DNA of 56,164 nucleotides from Elainellaceae cyanobacterium (GTDB taxonomy: Bacteria; Cyanobacteriota; Cyanobacteriia; CAZCXK01). Below, piece by piece: positions 18,736 through 28,507 of the stretch. The DNA is taken from the NCBI GenBank assembly GCA_051117555.1, contig JBNPEG010000062.1:1-56164 (forward strand), in the 5' to 3' direction. The notes beneath the pieces are model-generated. The model was not told where the DNA came from. It saw only the letters and a program-made list of their open reading frames with translations, and searched no databases. Position 1 is the first letter of the stretch. Every line of letters begins with the position of its first letter. The position numbers and the translations under genes were made by a program.

Positions 18736-18961
18736 ACCCAGTCGTTTCTTCGACTATGTCGATCTGGCACGATCTAGCACATGTGATGGATTAACAGGAT
18801 TGTTGCCGCTTACGGTGCTGAGCCGATCTACCTTGCGTCATGTTGAAGGGTGCAGTGTTGAAACGGCAATATTCCGCTAATAGGAATACATAGTTGGCTA
18901 GTTCAATCTTGATGCCGCTCTGCAAACCGCGTTGCAGGGCGGCTTTTTCTGCACAGTTAAA

Positions 18962-19056
18962 TATATCAATGTGTAATTGCGTCAAGGACAGAAACGGTGG
19001 TGTAGGGCGCGTCGCGTCCCGCACCACTGTACTTAACCCAGGCGCATACCGCTATA
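18962..19056 (+). mobile_element. MITE-like family C, copy 1
   Basis: ATTGCGTCAAGGACAGA...hairpin...CTTAACCCAGGCGCATACCGCTATA; homologous to 42997-43085. Confidence 0.75.
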
Positions 19057-19210
19057 GGGTGGGCAGCCAAGAATGGTAGCATCTGCAAGGAACTGGGCGG
19101 TTGCTATAGAACGAACGTAAGGCGATCGCACGTTACAGTTCTGACCTCAATTCAGGCAGTCACTGTGATAGCGCGATCGCCCTAACAACTTGTAGCCGGG
19201 CAACTTGAGA

Positions 19211-19915
19211 TTAGGCAGCTAGATCAAATAGCAGCACTTCAGCCTCAGCAGATGCACCTTGAAGAATGAGCGTGTCTTCATGGGCGATCGCCACCCCATC
19301 TCCTGCCGAGACAAGCTGACCGTTGAGTTGAATAGCGCCTCGCGCGACCTGCACCCACGCGACTCGTCCATTAGCAAGCGAGTAGCTAAGCGTTTCGCCA
19401 TCATTCAGGAGGGTCGCGTAGAGATTCACGTCTTGATGAATAGTGACCGAGCCATTTCGACCCTCTTGTGAGCCAATCAAGCGTAGCGTTCCGTGCTTTT
19501 CCTCCTTTGAAATATGAATTTGCTCGTACTCCGGATTTAGCGCTTTTTGATTGGGCAGAACCCAAATTTGCAGAAAGTGAACTGGGTCGGTTTGCGATGC
19601 ATTAAATTCGCTGTGCTGGATGCCGGTGCCCGCAGACATGCGCTGCACATCCCCAGGGCGAATGACCGAACCATTTCCGATGTTGTCTTGATGTTCTAAC
19701 GCACCATCAAGCACATAGGAAATAATTTCCATATCGCGGTGTCCGTGGGTGCCGAAGCCCCGACCGGGCTGAACTTTGTCTTCGTTGATGACCCGCAAGC
19801 TTGAAAAGCCCATATGCTCTGGGTCGAAATAATGACCAAATGAGAACGTGTGTCGGCTATCGAGCCAACCAAAGTTGGCGACTCCACGCGTCCCGGAGGA
19901 ACGAATCGTAATCAT
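19211..19915 (-). CDS. Pirin family protein (YhhW-like)
   Basis: [43 protein letters not shown] upstream. Confidence 0.95.
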   Translation of the reverse strand: MITIRSSGTRGVANFGWLDSRHTFSFGHYFDPEHMGFSSLRVINEDKVQPGRGFGTHGHRDMEIISYVLDGALEHQDNIGNGSVIRPGDVQRMSAGTGIQHSEFNASQTDPVHFLQIWVLPNQKALNPEYEQIHISKEEKHGTLRLIGSQEGRNGSVTIHQDVNLYATLLNDGETLSYSLANGRVAWVQVARGAIQLNGQLVSAGDGVAIAHEDTLILQGASAEAEVLLFDLAA

Positions 19916-19966
19916 TGAGATAGACCTCCTTATCAAAATGCGTGCTGGTGTAGCAGCCGCTTGACG

Positions 19967-20059
19967 TATAGCCCTACGGGCTTAGGTTTGTGTGGTGCCC
20001 CCCGCGGCGCTGGGGCTCACCCCACGTTCAATGTCCCAATGCGATCGCGTACGGCTATA
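19967..20059 (+). mobile_element. MITE-like family A, copy 3
   Basis: TATAGCCCTACGGGCTTAGG start identical to 8280; ends GGCTATA. Confidence 0.8.
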
Positions 20060-20105
20060 TTTTTAGTATGGACTGAGTCTAAATAAAATACAATATAGTT
20101 TATTG

Positions 20106-20135
20106 GAAACACATTGTTTCTTATTTAGCTACAAT
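20106..20135 (+). promoter_or_regulatory. Palindrome GAAACA-CAT-TGTTTC plus TACAAT -10; candidate LysR operator/promoter
   Basis: Lies in the divergent pirin-lysR intergenic region. Confidence 0.45.
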
Positions 20136-20147
20136 GCGATCGCCATT

Positions 20148-21062
20148 ATGGATAAATTTGAATGCATACGAGCATTTACGCGCGTTGTTGAGACGGGCGG
20201 ATTTGCTGCCGCTGCCCGTGAGCTTGAACTGTCGCGGTCGGCAGTCAGTAAATTGGTGATTCAGCTCGAAAATAATCTCGGCACTCAACTGCTCCATCGC
20301 ACGACTCGCCACGTCAGCCCTACCGAAACAGGACTCGCCTTTTATGAGCGGTGCGTCAGAATCTTGGCCGATTTGGAAGAAGCGGAACTAGCGATTTCCA
20401 ATCTTCACGGAGAACCCAGAGGCACTTTAAAGATTAATGCCCCCATGTCATTCGGCACCCTATATTTGGGCTCGGCAGTGGCAGATTTCATGACCCGCTA
20501 TCCTGATTTGCAGGTGCAGTTGACCTTAGACGATCGATTTGTTGACCCCATTGAAGAAGGCTATGACGTAGTGGTTCGAATTGCTCACCCTGCCGAGTGG
20601 GCCGGTTTAATCGTCTGCCCGATTGCCCCAGCGCCTCGAATTCTTTGCGCATCGTCTACCTATCTGCAAAAATATGGGACTCCCCATCATCCAGATGAGC
20701 TTCGCAATCACGCCTGTTTGCACTATGGCTATCTCACCACGCGAAATCAGTGGATATTACACGGTCTTGATGGTGAATATCGGGTGCCGATTCGCAGCAC
20801 GCTGTGCTCAAACAATGGAGAAGTGCTGAGAGATGCGGCACTATGCGGGTTGGGAATTGCCCTTCTGCCCGCATTCATTGTTAGTAATGACCTAGAGGAT
20901 GGGAGATTGCAATCTGTACTGCCGGACTACCATCCTCCTGAGATTGTAATCAGCATGATTTATCCGGTGAATCGCCACCTGTCGGCAAAGGTTCAGCTAT
21001 TTACAGAGTTTCTGCGATCGCGATTTGGCAATTTATCAGAAAGCCAAGTAGGACCGGGCTAG
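20148..21062 (+). CDS. LysR family regulator (CrgA-like)
   Basis: GGFAAAARELELSRSAVSK HTH, LLHRTTR, GLGIALLP. Confidence 0.95.
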   Translation: MDKFECIRAFTRVVETGGFAAAARELELSRSAVSKLVIQLENNLGTQLLHRTTRHVSPTETGLAFYERCVRILADLEEAELAISNLHGEPRGTLKINAPMSFGTLYLGSAVADFMTRYPDLQVQLTLDDRFVDPIEEGYDVVVRIAHPAEWAGLIVCPIAPAPRILCASSTYLQKYGTPHHPDELRNHACLHYGYLTTRNQWILHGLDGEYRVPIRSTLCSNNGEVLRDAALCGLGIALLPAFIVSNDLEDGRLQSVLPDYHPPEIVISMIYPVNRHLSAKVQLFTEFLRSRFGNLSESQVGPG

Positions 21063-21587
21063 GACTAGGGCAGAGATTGATTTAGAATCAACCGCTTCGC
21101 CGTCTAAAATAGCCTCTTCTAGCTGCTGGGGAGTCATCAACACCACCTCGATATCTTCGTCGTCATCTTGATTGGGAGGAATTTCGAGTTTTTCGAGATC
21201 GGTTGCTAGGAATGCGTAAATAATTTCATCCGAATAGCCAGGCGCGAGAAAGAACTGTCCGAGCGATCGCCACTGATGGGCGCGGTATCCAGTTTCCTCT
21301 TCAATTTCTCGTCGGATCGTGGCTGCGGGCTCTTCATGCTGCTCCACGGTTCCGGCTGGAAATTCGAGCAGTCGTCCTTGAGCCGCAAAGCGATATTGAC
21401 GCACCAACACGACCTGACCGTCTGGCGTGACAGGAACGGCCAGTGCCCCGCCGGGATGCCGAACACATTCCCAATCTCCTTCTGCGCCATTGGGGAGTCG
21501 AAGTCGATTGACTTCAAAGCTAAATTTGCGACCTTGATAAAACAGCCTGTGTTTGAGCAGTTGGGGACGTTCTTTTCTGAAAGACAT
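21036..21587 (-). CDS. NUDIX hydrolase (ADP-ribose pyrophosphatase-like)
   Basis: LVRQYR, EFPAG...RREIEEETGY Nudix box, APGYSDE. Confidence 0.92.
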   Translation of the reverse strand: MSFRKERPQLLKHRLFYQGRKFSFEVNRLRLPNGAEGDWECVRHPGGALAVPVTPDGQVVLVRQYRFAAQGRLLEFPAGTVEQHEEPAATIRREIEEETGYRAHQWRSLGQFFLAPGYSDEIIYAFLATDLEKLEIPPNQDDDEDIEVVLMTPQQLEEAILDGEAVDSKSISALVLARSYLAF

Positions 21588-21593
21588 AGACAA

Positions 21594-21684
21594 TATGGCG
21601 ATCCTAAATCGCTTGTAAATTGTGTATGAGGGTGGGGTGGGCTGCGCCTACCCCACCACTCACAACCCATTTGGGATTGCTATA
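21594..21684 (+). mobile_element. MITE-like family B, copy 1
   Basis: TATGGCGATCCTAAAT...TTTGGGATTGCTATA terminal repeats; homologous to 33559-33647. Confidence 0.8.
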
Positions 21685-21805
21685 TGAGATTGGATAGTGA
21701 GAAACGGCGACACGATAGTTAGCAGATCTTAAGGAGCATAGTCGGAGCGTGAGGAGTTGGTCAATCGCACGCTACGCTATGGGAGTGTCAGCCTTTTAAG
21801 TCTGT

Positions 21806-22486
21806 ATGACAATTATTCTCACCAATGATGACGGCATCGATGCCCCTGGCATTCGTGCCCTCCAAAATGCGTTAAACGGAGCAGGAAAAATTGTTGCACC
21901 TAGTACCCATCAGTCAGGATGCAGCCATCAGCTAACCACGGGGCGGCCCATCAAAATCGAACGACGGTCAACAGGGGAGGTGGCGATCGCCGCTATGCCC
22001 GCTGACTGTGCTCGGATTGCGGTGAAATGTTTTTACCCAGATGCCACCTGGGTGTTGTCTGGGATTAATGCAGGCGGCAACTTGGGGGCTGATGTGCCCG
22101 TGTCAGGCACGGTCGCTGCGGTGCGAGAAGCTGCCTATCTCCGCATTCCGGGAATTGCGATTTCTCACTATATTCATCGAGGACGAACTATTGATTGGGA
22201 CATCGCAAGCCGTTTGACGGCAAAGGTCATTGATACATTAATGGCTCAGCCCCATGAGGTCGGAACTTTCTGGAATGTGAATTTACCCCATTTGACCCCC
22301 GATGATCCCGATCCGGAGCTTGTGATGTGTTCCGCCTGCACGCAACCGCTGCCGACTGACTATGATTTAGACGGTGACACGATTCAATATGCTGGCAGCT
22401 ATGGCGATCGCGATCGCGACCCAGGTGGCGACGTGGACGTGTGCTTTTCTGGCAAGATCGCTGTTACCAAAATCCAGCTATGGTAA
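21806..22486 (+). CDS. surE: 5'/3'-nucleotidase SurE
   Basis: ILTNDDGIDAPG, SGINAGGNLG, SGTVAAVREA, WNVNLP. Confidence 0.93.
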   Translation: MTIILTNDDGIDAPGIRALQNALNGAGKIVAPSTHQSGCSHQLTTGRPIKIERRSTGEVAIAAMPADCARIAVKCFYPDATWVLSGINAGGNLGADVPVSGTVAAVREAAYLRIPGIAISHYIHRGRTIDWDIASRLTAKVIDTLMAQPHEVGTFWNVNLPHLTPDDPDPELVMCSACTQPLPTDYDLDGDTIQYAGSYGDRDRDPGGDVDVCFSGKIAVTKIQLW

Positions 22487-22571
22487 GACAGAATCTTCGT
22501 TAGCATCAACGCATCAACATAAAGGTAAAACGCCTGTGATACGGTATCTCTGTTAAAGCATTGACGGTTGA

Positions 22572-23078
22572 ATGAGTCAGACGCATCTTCCCCAAGACGA
22601 TTGTTTAGACGATCAATCACGCCCCATTATTGGCTGGCGAGAATGGATTGCCCTACCCGAGCTAGATATCTCGACAATCAAAGCCAAGATTGATACAGGA
22701 GCTCGCTCCTCTGCACTCCATGCCTACGACATTGAACCCTTCGAACGTGAAGGCAAGTCGATGGTGCGATTTAAGGTGCATCCCTATCAGCGAGATATCC
22801 ATCACGTTGTCGCGGCAGAAGCTGAAATTTTTGATAAGCGGCACGTTCGGAATTCGGGTGGGCATGCAGAATTGCGACTCGTTATTCTCACACCCGTTAG
22901 ACTCAACGGCATAGAATGGTCAATCGAGCTGACCTTGACAAATCGGGATGTAATGGGGTTTCGGATGTTGTTGGGTCGGCAAGCCGTGCGAGAACGCTTC
23001 CTCATTGATGCCAGTCGCTCATATATTCAAAGTCCAAGTCAGAGTCATCGATTGAAACGTCGGAAGAAAGGGTCATGA
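22572..23078 (+). CDS. RimK-associated retropepsin-like protease (RimB-like)
   Basis: [22 protein letters not shown]; overlaps the rimK start (ATGA). Confidence 0.9.
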   Translation: MSQTHLPQDDCLDDQSRPIIGWREWIALPELDISTIKAKIDTGARSSALHAYDIEPFEREGKSMVRFKVHPYQRDIHHVVAAEAEIFDKRHVRNSGGHAELRLVILTPVRLNGIEWSIELTLTNRDVMGFRMLLGRQAVRERFLIDASRSYIQSPSQSHRLKRRKKGS

Positions 23079-23980
23079 AAATCGCAATTCTCTCTCGCAA
23101 AGCATCGCTCTACTCAACTCGACGGCTCAAAGAAGCTGGGGATCAACTCGGTCATGAGATGCATGTGATTGACTATTTGCGCTGCTACATGGACATCACT
23201 GCTCACAAGCCCCAAGTGATTTATCAGGGCAAACCTCTCGTCGAGTTTGAGGCGGTGATTCCTAGAATCGGAGCATCGAAAACGTTCTATGGGACGGCGG
23301 TTGTGCGTCAGTTTGAGATGATGGGTGTCTTTAGCGCCAATGAATCTCAAGCAATTTCGCGATCGCGCGACAAACTGCGCTGCCTTCAGATTCTTGCTCG
23401 ACAAGGCATTGGGCTTCCTGTGACTGGGTTTGCCCATTCCACCAAAGACATTGAAGGTCTGATTGAGATTGTGGGTGGGGCACCTCTGGTGATTAAGCTG
23501 CTGGAAGGTACTCAAGGCATCGGAGTCGTCTTAGCAGAAACCCGTCAGGCAGCTCAGTCTGTGATTGAAGCCTTTCGGGGGTTGGAAGCTAATATTCTCG
23601 TTCAAGAATTTATCAAAGAAGCCAAGGGAATGGATATCCGCTGCTTTATCGTGGGCGAGAAGGTGATCGCGTCGATGAAACGGCAAGGTGCGCCCGGAGA
23701 ATTTCGATCCAATATTCACCGCGGTGGCAGTGCCGAAAAAATCAAGCTGACGCCCGAAGAGCGTAGCACTGCGATTCGAGCTGCTAAGGCGATGGGTCTG
23801 AGGGTTGCAGGCGTTGATATTCTTCGCTCAAATCACGGGCCTGTGGTGATGGAGGTCAACTCATCTCCAGGATTAGAAGGTATTGAAACAGCCACAGGAA
23901 TTGATGTTGCAGGCAGAATTATTGAGTTTATCGAAAAGAATGCTGCACCGGGCAAAAATCGCGATCGCATTCAATATTAA
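23075..23980 (+). CDS. rimK: Alpha-L-glutamate ligase RimK
   Basis: [42 protein letters not shown]. Confidence 0.96.
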   Translation: MKIAILSRKASLYSTRRLKEAGDQLGHEMHVIDYLRCYMDITAHKPQVIYQGKPLVEFEAVIPRIGASKTFYGTAVVRQFEMMGVFSANESQAISRSRDKLRCLQILARQGIGLPVTGFAHSTKDIEGLIEIVGGAPLVIKLLEGTQGIGVVLAETRQAAQSVIEAFRGLEANILVQEFIKEAKGMDIRCFIVGEKVIASMKRQGAPGEFRSNIHRGGSAEKIKLTPEERSTAIRAAKAMGLRVAGVDILRSNHGPVVMEVNSSPGLEGIETATGIDVAGRIIEFIEKNAAPGKNRDRIQY

Positions 23981-24169
23981 TCGTCTCAATTTTTTGTTGA
24001 ACCACAAAATCACTAAGTTTTAATGAAGATCACCTATCCGTCCCAGTAAGTCAGCCTCACTGGAGCTAGCCTAAGACCAGAAATTTGCCCGGTGCTGATT
24101 GCAACCGTGTAAGACGTTTGATTCAGAAAATCTGATGTAGCTCTTCAAGATTTTGCTCCTACACGTGGT

Positions 24170-25057
24170 GTGATGCTGTTAGATAATCTGCTCGGAATTG
24201 CTGGTCTGCTGCACTCGCGGCGTTGGCGGCAACGATTCATGTGGGCGGCGATCTCGTTAGCCTGTGTTCTGGTGATTTGGCAACTGTTTGATTGGTTGAC
24301 TCAGCCAACCACACTGATTGCCCTCTTTTTGCTGGTTTTAACCCTTCTGCCATTCATTAAAACGGTGCGATCGTGGCAGCGGTATGTCCTAAAAGGCGTA
24401 ACCGGTTTGCTGCTGGCATATTTGGCGGTCACATCTCCGCCTGCCGTCATGCTGGCAAATTATGGATTAACGGCGTTTTTGCCGCCTGATTCGGGTGAAA
24501 CGGTCGATTCGATTATTGTGTTGGGGCGGGGTGAGCTGCGCCGAAACGAAAGGATTGCAGAAGCCATTCAGCTTTGGAAGGCCGACCGAGCGCCTCACAT
24601 TTTTGTCAGCGGCATGAGTGATGCACAAGAAATCGTTGACTTGCTACACGAATCAGGCATCCCCAGATCGGCGTTGAGTGGTGAGAGGTGTTCTCAAAGT
24701 ACAGCAGAAAATGGACTATTTACGGCTGCCATACTCTATCCCCAGAGAGTTCGCCGTGTCCTTCTGGTCACCGATCCGCCGCATATGCTGCGATCGCTCC
24801 TGGTTCTTCGCAGCTTTGGGTTTGAGGTCATTCCCCATGCAATCCCTCAAGGTGATTTAACCTTTAATCCTCACATGCGTAGAGCCTTGAGAGAATATGC
24901 AGGACTGCTTGGATATTGGATTTCGGGGCGCTTTCAGCATCGTCCAACCGAGCAACTCAACCGTCCTCCGTCGGCAGTCATTCACAAAATGACGGACTGG
25001 AATTGTCGCATCAATGATTCTAAGACACCCTCAGCGGGGAGTCCCCGTGAAGAATAA
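24170..25057 (+). CDS. YdcF/DUF218 membrane protein
   Basis: N-terminal TMs; IIVLGRG, VSG, STAEN, LVTDPPHMLRS, REY. Confidence 0.88.
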   Translation: MMLLDNLLGIAGLLHSRRWRQRFMWAAISLACVLVIWQLFDWLTQPTTLIALFLLVLTLLPFIKTVRSWQRYVLKGVTGLLLAYLAVTSPPAVMLANYGLTAFLPPDSGETVDSIIVLGRGELRRNERIAEAIQLWKADRAPHIFVSGMSDAQEIVDLLHESGIPRSALSGERCSQSTAENGLFTAAILYPQRVRRVLLVTDPPHMLRSLLVLRSFGFEVIPHAIPQGDLTFNPHMRRALREYAGLLGYWISGRFQHRPTEQLNRPPSAVIHKMTDWNCRINDSKTPSAGSPREE

Positions 25058-25130
25058 GAAAAATCGGACAAATCACTGGAAAGGTGATACAACAAACTAA
25101 CTAACGGGTTATCACCATCTCCAGTTCCTA

Positions 25131-26150
25131 ATGGGTGAGGAATCAAACAACCAGTCTGATAGGCCAGATGTTTTTGGGGCGATACAGTCTCCACGTGCCG
25201 ATGCGATCGCCATTGGCGGCGTTACTGTGATGTCGGGCAAAAAGCAGCGAATTGATGTCCCCGTGGCTCATCTACCGACCCAAACTCCCATCTCGTTGCC
25301 CGTTACTGTCATCAACGGCACCCGGTCAGGACCTTGCCTGTGGCTAAGCGCTGCTATTCACGGCGACGAAATCAATGGCGTCGAAATCATTCGCCAGGTG
25401 CTCTCTCATGTCAAGCCTCGCCGCCTTCAGGGGACACTGATTGCCGTTCCGATTGTGAATGTCTTCGGGTTTATCGAGCAGTCTCGATATTTGCCGGATC
25501 GCCGCGATTTGAACCGCTCGTTTCCCGGATCACCCAGGGGGTCACTCGCCGCACGGCTTGCTAATCTATTCATGCGCGAAATTGTCGCACACTGCACCCA
25601 CGGTATCGACCTCCATACCGCATCCCATCACCGCATCAATCTCCCCCAAATTCGCGCGAATCTTAATGACCCTGAAACCTACCACGTCGCTAAAGCATTC
25701 GGGGCTCCGCTGATGATTCACGCTGAAACCCGTGACGGATCGCTTAGAGAAGCCGCCGCTAAACGAGGAATTCCAATTTTGCTCTATGAAGCTGGAGAAG
25801 CATTGCGCTTTGATGCCGATGCGATTCAAACCGGCGTGCAGGGTGTTTTGCGCGTCATGTCCGTGTTGGGGATGTATCCATCCAACCCTTTGGAGCAGTC
25901 TAACGCTGTGGTGAAAGTGGATAAAACTCGATGGATTCGGGCATCCCGGAGCGGGATGCTGCATATCGAGATTGAATTGGGCGATCGCGTCAGTCATCGG
26001 CAACGCTTGGGGTTTATTTCAGACGCGTTTGGTGAACGCAGCACGACCGTCCATGCACCTTCCAATGGAATCATTATTGGGCATACCCGAAACCCTTTGG
26101 TTAACCAAGGGGATGGCATCTTCCACATGGCGGTGCTTGATTCTGCTTAG
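25131..26150 (+). CDS. Succinylglutamate desuccinylase/aspartoacylase family (M14)
   Basis: AAIHGDEING, DLNRSFPG, IDLHT, YEAGE. Confidence 0.92.
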   Translation: MGEESNNQSDRPDVFGAIQSPRADAIAIGGVTVMSGKKQRIDVPVAHLPTQTPISLPVTVINGTRSGPCLWLSAAIHGDEINGVEIIRQVLSHVKPRRLQGTLIAVPIVNVFGFIEQSRYLPDRRDLNRSFPGSPRGSLAARLANLFMREIVAHCTHGIDLHTASHHRINLPQIRANLNDPETYHVAKAFGAPLMIHAETRDGSLREAAAKRGIPILLYEAGEALRFDADAIQTGVQGVLRVMSVLGMYPSNPLEQSNAVVKVDKTRWIRASRSGMLHIEIELGDRVSHRQRLGFISDAFGERSTTVHAPSNGIIIGHTRNPLVNQGDGIFHMAVLDSA

Positions 26151-26276
26151 GTGATTTCGTACCCTATATCTGATTCGGTTTCCTCACCTGCCTAGACTTT
26201 GCTGCATTCGATATGATGTCTATGTTACATGCAGGTTTTAGTGCGAAAGGAGGATAGAGCCTTGGTTCAAAGCGGA

Positions 26277-26621
26277 ATGTATGACACAGACAAACGAAAG
26301 CTATTGTCAGCCATCTGTCATGGCTCAATCTTCTTGAGTACAACCTTACTCGCAATTGGTGCACCAATCGCTATTCTGATGGTGTCTGATGATCCAGTGG
26401 TTAAAGCCAACGCGAAAGAAGCTATTAACTTTCATTTCAACGTTTGGTTCTGGAGTGTCATTATCGGTGTGTTGTCGTTCATCACGCTAGGCTTGCTCGG
26501 ATTCTTTCTAGTTCCGCTTGGCTTCATCTGGCATTGGGGACTAACGATTTGGGCAATCGTGCGATCGCTCAGTAAATCTGATGAACCCGTCCACTATCCA
26601 CTCATCGTGCGGATTTTCTGA
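26277..26621 (+). CDS. DUF4870 membrane protein
   Basis: LLSAICHGSIF, NAKEAINFH, C-terminal HYP. Confidence 0.85.
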   Translation: MYDTDKRKLLSAICHGSIFLSTTLLAIGAPIAILMVSDDPVVKANAKEAINFHFNVWFWSVIIGVLSFITLGLLGFFLVPLGFIWHWGLTIWAIVRSLSKSDEPVHYPLIVRIF

Positions 26622-26853
26622 TGCCTCAGGCGCTGATGGTAGTGTCATGACACTACTTCAATCCACCAAATTAGCTGTGCCACGCCAGCAGTGACTTGAA
26701 CCCGGTGCGTTACGCTTAACAGCACCCCACAGCACCGTTTATTTATGTCCATCGACTTACTGACTGACATATCACTCACCGAGATGATCCATTAGTATGA
26801 CGCGCAACTACTTCCCCGCGAACTATGCTACTTATATAAAGTTTCGATAAAGT

Positions 26854-26916
26854 GCCTATCTGAAAACTCGCTAGAGTTCTTGGAATCTAAAACCCTTGAC
26901 GGGGTTTTCGGATAGG
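26854..26916. repeat. CCTATCTGAAAACTCG / CGGGGTTTTCGGATAGG inverted repeat
   Basis: Imperfect ~16-bp arms directly upstream of a small ORF; the arm core TTTTCGGATAGG recurs at ~46270. Confidence 0.6.
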
Positions 26917-26942
26917 TTCAAACCTATGGGAGGCAAGTCAAT

Positions 26943-27107
26943 ATGTCTACTGACAATGTGCAATTACTTCTGAGTCGTCGCCGTGAGCAATGGCATCGTT
27001 TTCATCAACTTCGCGGCATTTCACCTCTAGAAGCAGCAGAAGCACGAGCATTAGCGATCAGTGCTGAACTGCAACTTTCAAATCAGGGTTTTCATGGACT
27101 GAAGTAA
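26943..27107 (+). CDS. Putative 54-aa small protein (absent from the ORF track)
   Basis: SD GGAGG ~9 nt upstream; MSTDNVQLLLSRRREQWHRFHQLRGISPLEAAEARALAISAELQLSNQGFHGLK. Confidence 0.5.
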   Translation: MSTDNVQLLLSRRREQWHRFHQLRGISPLEAAEARALAISAELQLSNQGFHGLK

Positions 27108-27154
27108 GGAGATTTTTCGTGCGATTTAAGTCTAACTTCAGTTCAGTCTCCCAC

Positions 27155-27178
27155 TAGGGCGCATACCTATGCGCCCTA
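27155..27178. repeat. REP-like palindrome TAGGGCGCATA-CC-TATGCGCCCTA
   Basis: Perfect 11-bp arms; related degenerate GTAGG...GCACC copies at ~320, ~866 and ~26704. Confidence 0.65.
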
Positions 27179-27335
27179 ATTTATTGCCATTTCTTGATTG
27201 CCATTCCCTCGAAGACAGTCCTACTAGCCCTTCAGGATTGGATGGATGTATAGGCCTCTCGCGGAGCAAGGAACCCTCAATCCGCTCTCCCAGGTGAGCG
27301 CGTAAGGCTATCAGCGGTAAGCCAGATACGGTTTG

Positions 27336-28391
27336 TTAGCTACGAATCTCGTTCCAAACCTGCACCCACTTATCGTAGTCTTTGACGCTCTGCCACATAT
27401 TGATTTCTGCATGGAGCGACAAATCATCCATGTAGAGTTCTTTCGCTCTCTCTGGGCCTATCGCCTCAGCCCCCGCCTCAGTCGCCCCTGAATATCCAGT
27501 TACATCCATGACCCCTTTTTGCCCATCGCCACTGAGGATGTAATCGATCCACTGATAAGCGGCATCGACATTCCGAGAATTTTTGGAAATCATCCATGAA
27601 TCTGTCCAACCTGTGAGCTTCCCTTCTGGACTCACCGAACCAATTGGAAAACCAGCCTCATCTAATTGAGTGTAGGTGAGAGGCCATGCATGAGCCAAAA
27701 CAACTTCACCTGACTGAAAGAGGTTTGCTAGTTCTCCCGCGGTCGTCCAAAATTTGCGAATACTCGGGCGGAGCTCAAGCAGTTTGTCTTTGACGTCTGC
27801 TAAATCATCGTCGGTTAGGCTGTACGGATCATCTTTACCTAACCAGAGCGCTACGTCAGCAATGGTGATCGGGTTGTCAGGGATTGTGACTTTTCCTTCA
27901 TAGTCCGGGTCAAACAAGATATTCCATGATTTGGGTGTCGTGGCTACTTCGTCCGTGTTGTAGAGCAGTACATTGGGGCCCCAAGCAAATGTCACTCCAT
28001 ACAGTTGCCCATCAAATGTATTCCAGTCACCGTGTTGAAAGGATGGAAAGATCGAATCAAAATTTTCTAATTTGCGGGTATCAATAGGTCGAACTAAGCC
28101 TGCCTGGTAGAGCCTTTCGGTGATATCTCCCGACGCAGAAATCAAGTCATACGTGCGTCCACGTCCAGCCCGAAATTTGGCAAACATTTCGTCACTAGAC
28201 CCTGCGTAGGTTGCCTTCACGACACAGCCAGTTTCCTGTTCGAATTGTTCGGTGAACGATGAATCGGTGTAGCCTTCCCATACGATGGCGGTTAGCGTAC
28301 AGCCGGCTGCCTGGGCTGGAGATGCAGGAATGAGCGCAGATGTCAGCCCTAAGAGGCTAACCACAAGTACAATCAACACACGATGCCACAT
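27336..28391 (-). CDS. PotD/PotF-like polyamine ABC substrate-binding protein (orphan)
   Basis: Signal peptide, WEGY, FEQETGC, WGPN, SWNILFDP, WTDSWMI; SD AGGAG. Confidence 0.88.
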   Translation of the reverse strand: MWHRVLIVLVVSLLGLTSALIPASPAQAAGCTLTAIVWEGYTDSSFTEQFEQETGCVVKATYAGSSDEMFAKFRAGRGRTYDLISASGDITERLYQAGLVRPIDTRKLENFDSIFPSFQHGDWNTFDGQLYGVTFAWGPNVLLYNTDEVATTPKSWNILFDPDYEGKVTIPDNPITIADVALWLGKDDPYSLTDDDLADVKDKLLELRPSIRKFWTTAGELANLFQSGEVVLAHAWPLTYTQLDEAGFPIGSVSPEGKLTGWTDSWMISKNSRNVDAAYQWIDYILSGDGQKGVMDVTGYSGATEAGAEAIGPERAKELYMDDLSLHAEINMWQSVKDYDKWVQVWNEIRS

Positions 28392-28507
28392 GAATTCATT
28401 CTCCTGTCTTAATAGATCAAACCTAACGACATCACTCAACCAGATAGGGTAGGCAGTTGGGATAAGAATTGATGTGTCGCGCATCACAGATAAACTCGGG
28501 ACATTCT

